Shown piece after piece: positions 1 through 7,772 of a DNA stretch of 34,439 bases. The DNA is from a virus (taxonomy: Duplodnaviria > Caudoviricetes). The stretch is taken from positions 1 to 34,439 of IMG/VR virus record IMGVR_UViG_3300036783_000034; one strand, given 5' to 3'. The notes below the pieces were generated by a model that saw only the letters and a list, made by a program, of their open reading frames with translations, was not told the origin of the DNA and did no database searches. Position 1 is the first letter of the stretch. Every line of letters begins with the position of its first letter. The position numbers and the translations under genes were made by a program.

Positions 1-22
1 TCGACTCCGGAACGCGCCTCCA
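1..22 (+). tRNA. cysT: tRNA-Cys, 3' end only (truncated by window)
   Basis: TTCGACTCCGGAACGCGCCTCCA-type T-arm/acceptor/CCA end, directly upstream of tRNA-Leu(TAA) as in the glyW-cysT-leuZ operon. Confidence 0.85.
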
Positions 23-33
23 CTTTCTTCCCT

Positions 34-120
34 GGCCGGATGGTGGAATCGGTAGACACAAGGGATTTAAAATCCCTCGGCGTTCGCGCTGTGTGGGTTC
101 AAGTCCCACTCCGGCTACCA
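34..120 (+). tRNA. leuZ: tRNA-Leu(TAA), 87 nt; probable prophage integration target
   Basis: Acceptor GGCCGGA/TCCGGCT+ACCA, anticodon loop TTTAAAA, long variable arm, T-arm GTGGG-TTCAAGT-CCCAC. Confidence 0.96.
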
Positions 121-161
121 TGGGAAAAATAGAATAAAATCAATGATAAGCAGTGTCGTAT

Positions 162-184
162 AAACCACCGAAAGGTGGTTTTCT
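162..184 (+). terminator. Intrinsic terminator after leuZ (possibly bidirectional)
   Basis: AAACCACC-GAAA-GGTGGTTT followed by T-rich sequence. Confidence 0.75.
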
Positions 185-195
185 ATTGTCTTTTT

Positions 196-233
196 TTCGC
201 CATTCGCCATTGTTTCGCCATTCGACTTCGCCA
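196..233. repeat. Four direct TTCGCCA repeats; putative integrase arm-type sites
   Basis: TTCGCCA at 196, 203, 214 and 227, between the tRNA and the integrase stop. Confidence 0.6.
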
Positions 234-246
234 GAGAAAGAGGGCA

Positions 247-1257
247 TTACTGCCCCCCAACCACCGGCACTACAGATATTTTTCGGTTATATCTTGCAGT
301 CTGCGAAGCATTTTTATGTCCTGATATTTCCTGTTTCTCATGCAGCGTTCCTTCTAGATCAGATATACCTTTAGCTTTCAGATCATGGAACGTGAAGTTA
401 AATTCGAGCTCAGGGAATTTTTCAGCGGCTAACTTTTTTGCCTTCATCCACTGAGCATTAAAGGCATCACGCGTATAACGAGAACCAGACTGCTGATGGA
501 TCACATACAGGCTTACCATGCCACTATTTAATGGCAGGGAATCGGCCAAGGTGATCGCATCTGATAGGCGCACTGTCCACGCCTTAATCTGACTTACTGC
601 CGTCTTGCTTTGCTGAATTAGAATCCCTTCATCCAGTATCTGACTCTTTTTAAGATCCAGAATGTCACCTTGGCGTGCACAGCATAAATAGGCCAACTCC
701 ATAGCGATTTTCACCGGGACCGACGAAACACTGAGTAGTGCATCATATTCCTTATCCGTCACGTACCTGGTGCGGGCCTGCTCTTTAAACTGCTTCACAC
801 CCTGGCATGGATTCATCTTCACTTTGCCACGCTCATATGCCCACCTGAACACCCTCGACATAAACGCTTTCTCTCGATTCGCCTGAACCCTGCTCTTAAC
901 CCCCCTCTTATCCATATACTTTCTGATGTGCTCCGGCTTGATGTTTTCTGGTTTCATTTTGCCGAAAACGACATTTACCTTTGAACCATATTTCCGGTAA
1001 TCCTTTCTGGTCTCAGTTGCAAGCTCATGGAAGTCACCAGAGTTAAAAAACTCTTCGCATAGAGCATGGAAGTTGGAACCAACCTTGATATCATTGATGA
1101 AGTTTTCATAGGCTGCCCAGACCTGAGACTTAGTGAGATCGTGGTTGCACAATCTCACTGTTCTCCCGTCAGGCGTTCTGAACTCATAGGCAGATTTGCC
1201 CCGGCGAACGCGGGGAGGCATCCAGTTATCATCTGGGTTTTTGCGGATTCTGGGCAT
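247..1257 (-). CDS. int: Tyrosine recombinase (phage integrase)
   Basis: ARQGD (catalytic R), FHDLKAK (HxxR variant), SGHK and RY motifs; located next to a tRNA. Confidence 0.95.
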   Translation of the reverse strand: MPRIRKNPDDNWMPPRVRRGKSAYEFRTPDGRTVRLCNHDLTKSQVWAAYENFINDIKVGSNFHALCEEFFNSGDFHELATETRKDYRKYGSKVNVVFGKMKPENIKPEHIRKYMDKRGVKSRVQANREKAFMSRVFRWAYERGKVKMNPCQGVKQFKEQARTRYVTDKEYDALLSVSSVPVKIAMELAYLCCARQGDILDLKKSQILDEGILIQQSKTAVSQIKAWTVRLSDAITLADSLPLNSGMVSLYVIHQQSGSRYTRDAFNAQWMKAKKLAAEKFPELEFNFTFHDLKAKGISDLEGTLHEKQEISGHKNASQTARYNRKISVVPVVGGQ

Positions 1258-1484
1258 TACATGTCCTTAAAGTTCGGTTCTTCTTCCTCTGGATTGTTCA
1301 CTACCAGCTTGAGGCCTGCAGGGTTAGTTACATGATCCCATGTAGTACCTGGCCTTCCGTCTTTTCGTGGCACGAAAAATACACCGCTTTCTTTCAGCGC
1401 TCGGCACTGAAGGGAAGGGCGACGATAACCAGTAAGCTGATAGAGGTCATCAGGGGTTAGAAAACGTTGGCTTTGTCCGCTCAT
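1257..1484 (-). CDS. xis: Excisionase-like small DNA-binding protein (DUF4224-like)
   Basis: FLTPDDLYQLTGYRRPSLQCRAL; stop overlaps int start; ATG at 1484 has a GGAG SD. Confidence 0.75.
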   Translation of the reverse strand: MSGQSQRFLTPDDLYQLTGYRRPSLQCRALKESGVFFVPRKDGRPGTTWDHVTNPAGLKLVVNNPEEEEPNFKDM

Positions 1485-1517
1485 CGTATAGCTCTCCACT
1501 TAACCGGCTGCACCCGG

Positions 1518-1787
1518 CTATCTCTTATAGAAAATGCATGATGAACAACCACCACGGAGGCCATCATTGCATGTACGACATCTTTTTGTTTCGGTGTAAT
1601 AGAGCTGGTGGACCATCTCCTTTGGTATCAGAACAGCCATCGGCACGCGGATAACCAGTTTTTTGAGCCTGTCGATTTCCACTGCATGCTCCAGCGCGAT
1701 ATCTTTCCAGTCCTGCGCTTCGGCCATCCACCAGGAGATATCTGCTTTGAGGCGGCGCGTACGCCGCTGTTTGAGTTTGCTCACCAT
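1518..1787 (-). CDS. Eaa-like early protein with C-terminal CxxC...CxxC
   Basis: ORF from MVSKLKQRR; basic N-terminus; CRTC and CSSC motifs. Confidence 0.6.
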   Translation of the reverse strand: MVSKLKQRRTRRLKADISWWMAEAQDWKDIALEHAVEIDRLKKLVIRVPMAVLIPKEMVHQLYYTETKRCRTCNDGLRGGCSSCIFYKR

Positions 1788-1867
1788 GATCCATACCCAG
1801 TCATGGATATGAGCTGGCAAATAGCGAACATTACTACCGTGATGACAACAACTTTGACCGGAGGCAT
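1781..1867 (-). CDS. 28-aa hydrophobic peptide MPPVKVVVITVVMFAICQLISMTGYGSW
   Basis: Start overlaps the upstream stop (TGATG) and the end overlaps the next start; below the ORF-track cutoff. Confidence 0.55.
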   Translation of the reverse strand: MPPVKVVVITVVMFAICQLISMTGYGSW

Positions 1868-2406
1868 CACTTCGCCTCCTGCTGCGGTGCTGCTTTGATA
1901 TGCAGTCGCGGCTCGCCGTCTTTGGGCTCTGGCCACTGACGCGCCATATTCACCTTCAGCTTTTCTTCCATCGCTGCTGTAATTTCACCATCACTAATAC
2001 CGGCGCGGCGCTGGGCATCCCACAACAGGAATTGCATATCAGCCCACTCGCTTAAGTCGTCAGGTTCTGCGGCTGCTTCCAGTGCTTCTTTACTGAGGTG
2101 TTTTAGCGGTCCAGTAGGGCCAACATTACCGAATGTGGCCTGTGACCACTCAGCATGGCGCTGACGGATGAGATGGCGTAGCTGCAGAGATGAGCCTGTT
2201 TCTTCCGGCAACTTGTAAGCCGTCGTTACAGGTTCGGCCCCCTGAAGCATGGCGGCACTCCATCCTTCCCATTGCCGAATGAAGTTATGCGCACCCCACG
2301 CATTGTACTCAGTGCAGGCGTAACCCTTTCCGCATCTGATTACATGCTTTGGCGGCGGGAAAACCTTTTCGAACTCGTCGCGCGGGTCAACGGTGATATC
2401 GCTCAT
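1867..2406 (-). CDS. DUF550 / MazG-like dATP-dGTP pyrophosphohydrolase domain protein
   Basis: HAEWSQATFG-GPLKHLSKEALE-EWADMQFLLWDAQRRAG-NMARQWP signature. Confidence 0.8.
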   Translation of the reverse strand: MSDITVDPRDEFEKVFPPPKHVIRCGKGYACTEYNAWGAHNFIRQWEGWSAAMLQGAEPVTTAYKLPEETGSSLQLRHLIRQRHAEWSQATFGNVGPTGPLKHLSKEALEAAAEPDDLSEWADMQFLLWDAQRRAGISDGEITAAMEEKLKVNMARQWPEPKDGEPRLHIKAAPQQEAK

Positions 2407-2414
2407 GATTTACC

Positions 2415-2825
2415 TCACTGAATCATGGCGGCGCGGCAGGATAAGATGCCAGCCTTAGCCTTGTGCCATGCCTCGTGGTCACGGTCTGAGATACGCAGAA
2501 CTTCTTCCATTGCTGATAGCAGTTCATCAGGCACAGATACCGGCGCCGGATGTGCTGTGTAGAGCAACTCCTTTTGCCTGCTGAGATGGTAAGCATTAAG
2601 AGTGTCGATATACCCCTGATCTCGATAATTCCACTCACCAATCTCATGAATACCATCAGGAAGATAACGCCAGCGCATAGCCACAGGCTCCGCTTCGAGC
2701 GATGCCAGCAAACGACGCATACCAGCGATAGCCATATCGATGTAGACAGACTGAATGCCGCTATTGGCTAAATGCTCAAGCCCTTCGATAGTGTCGTCGA
2801 TGAACTCTTTGGTAATAGTGCTCAT
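2415..2825 (-). CDS. Eaa-like hypothetical phage protein
   Basis: LASLEAEPVA and LYTAHPAPVSVPD mosaic motifs typical of ea-region genes; coupled to the upstream gene. Confidence 0.6.
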   Translation of the reverse strand: MSTITKEFIDDTIEGLEHLANSGIQSVYIDMAIAGMRRLLASLEAEPVAMRWRYLPDGIHEIGEWNYRDQGYIDTLNAYHLSRQKELLYTAHPAPVSVPDELLSAMEEVLRISDRDHEAWHKAKAGILSCRAAMIQ

Positions 2826-3148
2826 GATACCTCTCCTTTACCGGCTGCGGCGTGGACATCGATACCAGCTGCGGACAAAGCAATGCTGAACGCCTCTTTC
2901 AAATCTGCAATCTGCTTGTCTTTGGCTTCCAGTTCATCCAGCAGCGCCAGCACGGTGGCGGGATTGGCAGACGTCAGGAACCCAGCGCACTTTGCAGGAA
3001 CATCACCATCTGTGCAGTTGATAACCGTCGCTCCTGTTTCATCGGTGATATATGCCTTCGAAAGTGACAATGTCCTAATGTAAATCCACTTGCCACCACC
3101 TGCACGAACCGCATCAGCACGCAAAGCCTGTTTGTCGATGTTGCTCAT
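2822..3148 (-). CDS. Ead/Ea22-like protein
   Basis: MSNIDKQALR...ANPATVLALLDELE signature. Confidence 0.8.
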   Translation of the reverse strand: MSNIDKQALRADAVRAGGGKWIYIRTLSLSKAYITDETGATVINCTDGDVPAKCAGFLTSANPATVLALLDELEAKDKQIADLKEAFSIALSAAGIDVHAAAGKGEVS

Positions 3149-3348
3149 TGGGCGGTTTCCCCGACACGTTTATTCCATGCAGCAATTGCCATGTTGATTT
3201 TGTTCGCGCCAACCATCTGAGCAGACTGCGCGTCGCAAGAATGGCAGCGAACAATAGCAGACTGGTAAGGGCAGTCCTCTTCGTACTGCGCGAACGCCTC
3301 TACGTCTTTGCTGCCGCAGAATGGGCAAGGTTTAATTTGACCGCTCAT
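3145..3348 (-). CDS. lar: Lar family restriction alleviation protein
   Basis: IKPCPFCG...CHSCDA...AIAAWNKR; ATG at 3348 overlaps the upstream stop. Confidence 0.8.
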   Translation of the reverse strand: MSGQIKPCPFCGSKDVEAFAQYEEDCPYQSAIVRCHSCDAQSAQMVGANKINMAIAAWNKRVGETAQ

Positions 3349-3989
3349 TGAGCATCTCCCTGGCGTTTTGTGGTCCACGTTACAGTGTGTTCTGCGGTAA
3401 GCGTGAAGGAATGACCGCATTCATCGCAGGTTAGCTTGTCGCCATCAGCGTCATAACTTTCCTCGGTATCAACTTTGGCATTGCACCATGGGCATTTGGC
3501 CTCATCTTCGCTGAAGTAATCCCACTCGTTGTAATCCGAATTATTCTCAACGCTCGCAAGAGCCTCAGTGCGAATTTTTTCCTCTTTTGCTTCATGGCAT
3601 GAATGGCATGTCCAACCCCAAAAACCATTAGCATCATGAGAACCCCATACGCCACCACCGATATCATGCTCACTTCTGGGCGGAATGGTGATGGCGTCTT
3701 TACGGTTAACTCCGCAGCATTGGCAGCGGTCGTGTTCTTCACAAACTACATACGACATCTTTTCGCCGTTCTGATTGCAGTGTCCGCAGCCATTAACCCA
3801 CATCCAAACGCCTCTCACTTCCAGAGCGTAAAGGTGCTTTTCTGGGGGCGTTAGCGTGATTTCCGGTTCGTGGGTAGTGCCACCAAAAAGCTGCGTGCTA
3901 CCAGAACGAGTTCTGTTCATGCCTGTTTTCAGGCGAGCGTCATTGATTGGTGAAACGATGATTTCGTTTTTGTCTGTACGGTTGCTCAT
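3345..3989 (-). CDS. Cys-rich multi-zinc-ribbon hypothetical protein
   Basis: CGHC, CQCC, CHSC, CPWC and CDEC motifs; coupled ORF. Confidence 0.65.
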   Translation of the reverse strand: MSNRTDKNEIIVSPINDARLKTGMNRTRSGSTQLFGGTTHEPEITLTPPEKHLYALEVRGVWMWVNGCGHCNQNGEKMSYVVCEEHDRCQCCGVNRKDAITIPPRSEHDIGGGVWGSHDANGFWGWTCHSCHEAKEEKIRTEALASVENNSDYNEWDYFSEDEAKCPWCNAKVDTEESYDADGDKLTCDECGHSFTLTAEHTVTWTTKRQGDAQ

Positions 3990-4477
3990 GACTGCACTCC
4001 TTTGCGAAGCTGGGAGGCATAGATTTCCATAGCGTCAATTGCCGCGACCATCCCATCACCTTCTCGCTCATCCCAGATTTGTTTCTGTATCTCGGCTGAG
4101 CATATCTCCACACCCTGCGCCCGCACTTCAGCCAGGAAAGCGTCGGTTGCTGGTGTGCTTTCGAGAAACTGCCTGGTCTTTTCAAGAACACACCAATCCG
4201 GTACAGCTACACCTGAAAGCGAACCATTGCCGCGGCGCTCTCCTGTATCGCATGAACCAAACAACTCAAGAAGCTGAGACTTCAACCCCGCATTCTCCGC
4301 AGCCAGCGCTACAGCATCATCACGAACCTTACGCAGTTCCAGAACAGCAACCTGAACTGCATAAGCGAACATAGCGGCAGGGCGGTCATTTGCTTTTTCA
4401 CTATCGCGCTGCATGTTGACTGCAACAGTCATCAGATCATCCAACTGTTCGCTGGTCATTGGCTTACTGACTGTCAT
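3986..4477 (-). CDS. Hypothetical phage protein
   Basis: LAAENAGLK and TPATDAFLAEVRAQGVE motifs common in lambdoid early genes. Confidence 0.7.
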   Translation of the reverse strand: MTVSKPMTSEQLDDLMTVAVNMQRDSEKANDRPAAMFAYAVQVAVLELRKVRDDAVALAAENAGLKSQLLELFGSCDTGERRGNGSLSGVAVPDWCVLEKTRQFLESTPATDAFLAEVRAQGVEICSAEIQKQIWDEREGDGMVAAIDAMEIYASQLRKGVQS

Positions 4478-5498
4478 GATTTTGCTCCTGCTGAAGTTTG
4501 TATTGCTTTACGAAGTGGGCAACAGCTTTAGACTGGCTCGCCACAATTTGCTTATCGCCTAAATCTAGTGTGACGTTCTTACCGCGATAGATAACGGCTT
4601 TTCCAATATCCTTACCGTCCATCCTGACGTAGAGAACCTTCCCTATAATTTCTGTGGTAGGGACTGGCTGAGAAAGTCGGTATGTTTCACGCGCTTCCGC
4701 AATCGCTTTGTGCTCGTCCATGATGGCCAGCGCTTCAGCAAGGGCTGCTCCTTCAAGAGTGAAAACACCTTCATAACTGATCGTGGCCTGAGCCATAAGC
4801 TCAACGAAACGGCGCGCGTTCTTTACGCTGAGTTCCGGAGCGATAGAACTGCGGGTAACTTTCGTTTTCCCTTGGGCAGCCGCTACAGCCTTATCGTGCT
4901 GGAGAACTTTTCCGGCCTGTTCGCCATACTCCATGACGCGATCAACCGCGACATCGACTGACACCGCGCCGGATTTAACTTCCTGCTGAACGTCATGGTT
5001 CGCAGTGCTCAGGAGCAGCAACTTCTCTACCGTGACCACAGACTTATTGACTAGCTTCGCTATCTCGCTGGTGGTCTGGTTGAAAGCGCTGTGCAGTTCC
5101 TGAATAACTGCTGCCTGTTCCATATCGGAAAGCGGGAGCTGGTTGTTACTGGTCATGATGCGAGCCAGACGCTGCACATCGTTACCGTTGAACGGCATGA
5201 TGTGGATGCGGTCTACTGGCTTACCAGCCTCAGCGCAGCGAGCGTAACAACGGCGGCGGCGGTGACCTTCAACAACCCACACACCACCTTCATCACGGGC
5301 AGTTACTTCCAGAGGAGGGACGGAACCACCGTTCATCAGGTAGTTGAACAGGTCATCATCAGCCTGGCGGGTGCGTTCATCGTCTTCACGCTTGTTAAAG
5401 CCTTCACGCACATGGATATCGGAAAGGTCGATAAACATCCCGGTGTCGGTGCGCTTAATCAGACCTGACTTGGTCATTTGCTTGAATGAGTTAGCCAT
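4464..5498 (-). CDS. ParB/Srx-like N-terminal domain plus HTH protein
   Basis: VPPLEV...VVEGHRRRR ParB-box-like motif; HTH-like TTSEIAKLVNKS. Confidence 0.75.
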   Translation of the reverse strand: MANSFKQMTKSGLIKRTDTGMFIDLSDIHVREGFNKREDDERTRQADDDLFNYLMNGGSVPPLEVTARDEGGVWVVEGHRRRRCYARCAEAGKPVDRIHIMPFNGNDVQRLARIMTSNNQLPLSDMEQAAVIQELHSAFNQTTSEIAKLVNKSVVTVEKLLLLSTANHDVQQEVKSGAVSVDVAVDRVMEYGEQAGKVLQHDKAVAAAQGKTKVTRSSIAPELSVKNARRFVELMAQATISYEGVFTLEGAALAEALAIMDEHKAIAEARETYRLSQPVPTTEIIGKVLYVRMDGKDIGKAVIYRGKNVTLDLGDKQIVASQSKAVAHFVKQYKLQQEQNHDSQ

Positions 5499-5857
5499 TA
5501 GAGCGCTACCTCGTTTTCATGGGTAAATACGACCGCCGGCAACTCACGTAATTCGCGCTGCGCTTCCAGTGAGTGAATATTCGTAGGAGTCTTTGTGCGG
5601 CGCTCTTCGAGACGGTCACACTCTTTGGCCCAGCTCGTGACATCTTCACGAAGGGTAGCGTTCTGCTCAGCCAGTTCCTTACGCTGCGCCATCGCTTCGC
5701 AAAGCGCTACGCTGGTGAAATCGAGACGGTTAGCAAGCTCATTCATAAGCTGAGCTGATGCAACTGGCAGGAACTTAGCGGCGATACGTGCCGCCTCGAT
5801 CAGCTGCTCTCTGGTCATGCGTGGTTGTAACTCGGTGACGTTCTGTGTGTTCGTCAT
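5498..5857 (-). CDS. Hypothetical coiled-coil phage protein
   Basis: ATG at 5857 with a GGAGA SD; helical sequence; stop overlaps the next start. Confidence 0.65.
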   Translation of the reverse strand: MTNTQNVTELQPRMTREQLIEAARIAAKFLPVASAQLMNELANRLDFTSVALCEAMAQRKELAEQNATLREDVTSWAKECDRLEERRTKTPTNIHSLEAQRELRELPAVVFTHENEVAL

Positions 5858-6098
5858 GGATAGTTTCTCCGTGTTATAAGCGCTCTGCACAGCGCTGAAT
5901 TTTGGTTGCACGAATCCCTCGCCGGATGGCGACAAAAATAAATGGGTTTCGTTTTAGTAAGCACCCAACCAGGGCACTTAGTGAAACGGGCGGCTGCCAC
6001 CGCCAGTCAGCTTCTCCACAATTGGGAGCGCGTTCTCCTGAGATTGATTTAACGACTGAGGCCTCTCAAGGAACCGGCTGAACGCGCTTTCAGTTGTG

Positions 6099-6158
6099 AA
6101 AAGGGGCGGTCGACATTAAGGACATTCACAACTGCCGACCGCCAAGACTACACACAGC
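6099..6158 (-). ncRNA. DicF-like small RNA / terminator hairpin
   Basis: Minus strand ...TTGGCGGTCGGCA-N17-TGTCGACCGCCCCTTTT; 11-bp stem with the TTGGCGGT...CCGCCC-T-run frame I recall for DicF. Confidence 0.45.
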
Positions 6159-6191
6159 ATCTGGTACAGCTACTACGATTTACCACGCTGG

Positions 6192-6404
6192 CTACGTGAT
6201 AGGGTGAAACTCTTCGAGAGCAACCAATCCATAACCACCATTGCCATAGCTCTCTTTCATACACCTAATTTCAGCCACATCGGTATGCTCATAACCCATA
6301 CGCTGACGTTCAATTTTCAGTATTTCGATGGCTTCGATTTCGCTGCTCGCGCAATTGATAGTGCTAATCCAACCATTTGTAAGTTTGATGTCATAAGCTG
6401 CCAT
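6192..6404 (-). CDS. Small hypothetical protein
   Basis: 70-aa ORF with an AGGAG SD just downstream of the phage tRNA. Confidence 0.6.
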   Translation of the reverse strand: MAAYDIKLTNGWISTINCASSEIEAIEILKIERQRMGYEHTDVAEIRCMKESYGNGGYGLVALEEFHPIT

Positions 6405-6428
6405 GCGAGCTCCTAAATATTGGTTATC

Positions 6429-6505
6429 TGGCGCAACATGCAGGATTCGAACCTGCGACCGACGGCTTAGAAGGACGCTGCTCTATCCATCTGAGCTAAT
6501 GCCAC
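6429..6505 (-). tRNA. Phage-encoded tRNA-Arg(TCT), argU-like, with non-canonical pairs
   Basis: GTGGCAT-TA-GCTC AGATGGATA GAGC-A-GCGTC CTTCTAA GCCGT-CGGTC-GCAGG TTCGAAT CCTGC-ATGTTGC-G-CCA (77 nt). Confidence 0.85.
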
Positions 6506-6777
6506 AACAGGGAGAGCATTCCGATCCGCGACAATCACATCAAACGTTCTGGGACCGTTTTCAGTTGAATGCTCTCTCTGTTGCATCCTCGTCTCTTCCG
6601 AGGTGTCACACCTGATCGCCACGCTGGTGAAACGCTTCTGGCTGCCGTACACGCCTGGTTTGCACATTCCGGCTACCCGCTGGATCTGGATATGTCTTGC
6701 AAGGAATCCCCGGACCGCTGCGGCACATGTGCCATATGCCGTACTGCTATCAAAGTTGTTGAGTGGTGTAACGATCA

Positions 6778-6835
6778 ACAACTTTAAGGTGTAATTTAGT
6801 TGTGGTTTTAAGTGGTGTCAACAACTTTATGTGGT
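6778..6835. promoter_or_regulatory. OL operators (ACAAC-N5-G(G/T)(T/G)GT)
   Basis: ACAACTTTAAGGTGT at 6778-6792 and ACAACTTTATGTGGT at 6821-6835 flank PL; the same motif occurs at OR. Confidence 0.65.
6793..6821 (-). promoter_or_regulatory. PL promoter
   Basis: Minus-strand TTGACA (6821-6816), 17-nt spacer, TAAATT (6798-6793). Confidence 0.75.
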
Positions 6836-6884
6836 TTGATTGATTTTTGTAGCAATGCAAGGATGTAAAAAAAAAGGAGGCTGT

Positions 6885-7772
6885 ATGGAAGACAAGCTCT
6901 ACGTATTTAACTACACACAAAATCGAGACAAACTTTTCAACAACTTAATCAGCATCATTGATGGGATTCTTTCAGATGGAATAGTTAGGGACGAAGAGAT
7001 ACTTTACCTGGACACATGGTTATTAGAGGCCGGAGAAATTATTCAAAATGGTGTCATTAGAGGGTTAAGTTCGCGCGTATCAAAAATACTGTCTGACGGC
7101 GCAGTAACCGAGGAAGAGAGACAGGAGCTTAAACAACACCTATTGGATATCCAAAGGGACATACTTGATATTCCAGAGGTAGACTTCTTCTCGAAAGAAT
7201 CGGATCTACATTTGCTTAATGGGCTTTGCAAAGGACTTATATCAGACAAAGCGTTATCTGATGAAGAGGTTCGATACTTGAATTGGTGGTTAACCCAAAA
7301 TGGGACTCTAAAAAATAACTATCCAGGTAAAGAACTCTATAAGCTCGTAAAGGAAATTCTCAACGATGGTGTAATCACGGCCGAGGAAAGCCAGACGTTG
7401 CATAAGGCATTGGTAGATTTTACAGGCTGCGATCTTGAAAGTGGGGTTGTCGATGGTCTATCAACAAAGCTTCCTGTAGATAGCGATACCGACATTGAAC
7501 TTGAAGGTAAAATATTCTGCCTCACGGGAGTATTCATGGCAGGTAAAAGAAGTCATGTAGAGGATATTTTGAAGCGATGTAACGGACTGATTTCAAACAC
7601 AGTTACTAAAAAAATTGATTATTTGGTAATTGGAGCCTTATCATCTCGCGACTGGAGATTCTCCAGTCACGGACGAAAAATTGAGAAAGCAATTTCTTAT
7701 AGAGACAACGAGAGTGTTGGCCTTAAGGTGATTTCAGAAGAAATGCTTTTTGACGCATTACCAAGACCGTGA
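6885..7772 (+). CDS. Tandem TerB-like helical repeats plus C-terminal BRCT domain (immunity-region moron)
   Basis: Two repeats GILSDG..EE..YL..WL / GLISDK..EE..YL..WL; BRCT-like GKIFCLTGVF...VTKKIDYLVIG...KIEKA...VISEE; GGAGG SD before 6885. Confidence 0.75.
   Translation: MEDKLYVFNYTQNRDKLFNNLISIIDGILSDGIVRDEEILYLDTWLLEAGEIIQNGVIRGLSSRVSKILSDGAVTEEERQELKQHLLDIQRDILDIPEVDFFSKESDLHLLNGLCKGLISDKALSDEEVRYLNWWLTQNGTLKNNYPGKELYKLVKEILNDGVITAEESQTLHKALVDFTGCDLESGVVDGLSTKLPVDSDTDIELEGKIFCLTGVFMAGKRSHVEDILKRCNGLISNTVTKKIDYLVIGALSSRDWRFSSHGRKIEKAISYRDNESVGLKVISEEMLFDALPRP

Noticed and set aside
153-374. 73-aa plus-strand ORF
   Set aside because: It spans the terminator, att repeats and the integrase antisense strand
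6183-6627. CCACGCTGG repeated at 6183 and 6619
   Set aside because: Only two 9-mers in different contexts; cannot be distinguished from chance
6467-6794. ORFs 6467..6781(-), 6569..6787(+) and 6603..6794(+) as an N-like gene
   Set aside because: They overlap the tRNA, operators and structured leader, and show no Arg-rich motif or good RBS
6881-6896. LexA box at the BRCT gene start (CTGTATGGAAGACAAG)
   Set aside because: The right half-site is CAAG rather than ACAG, too weak to call
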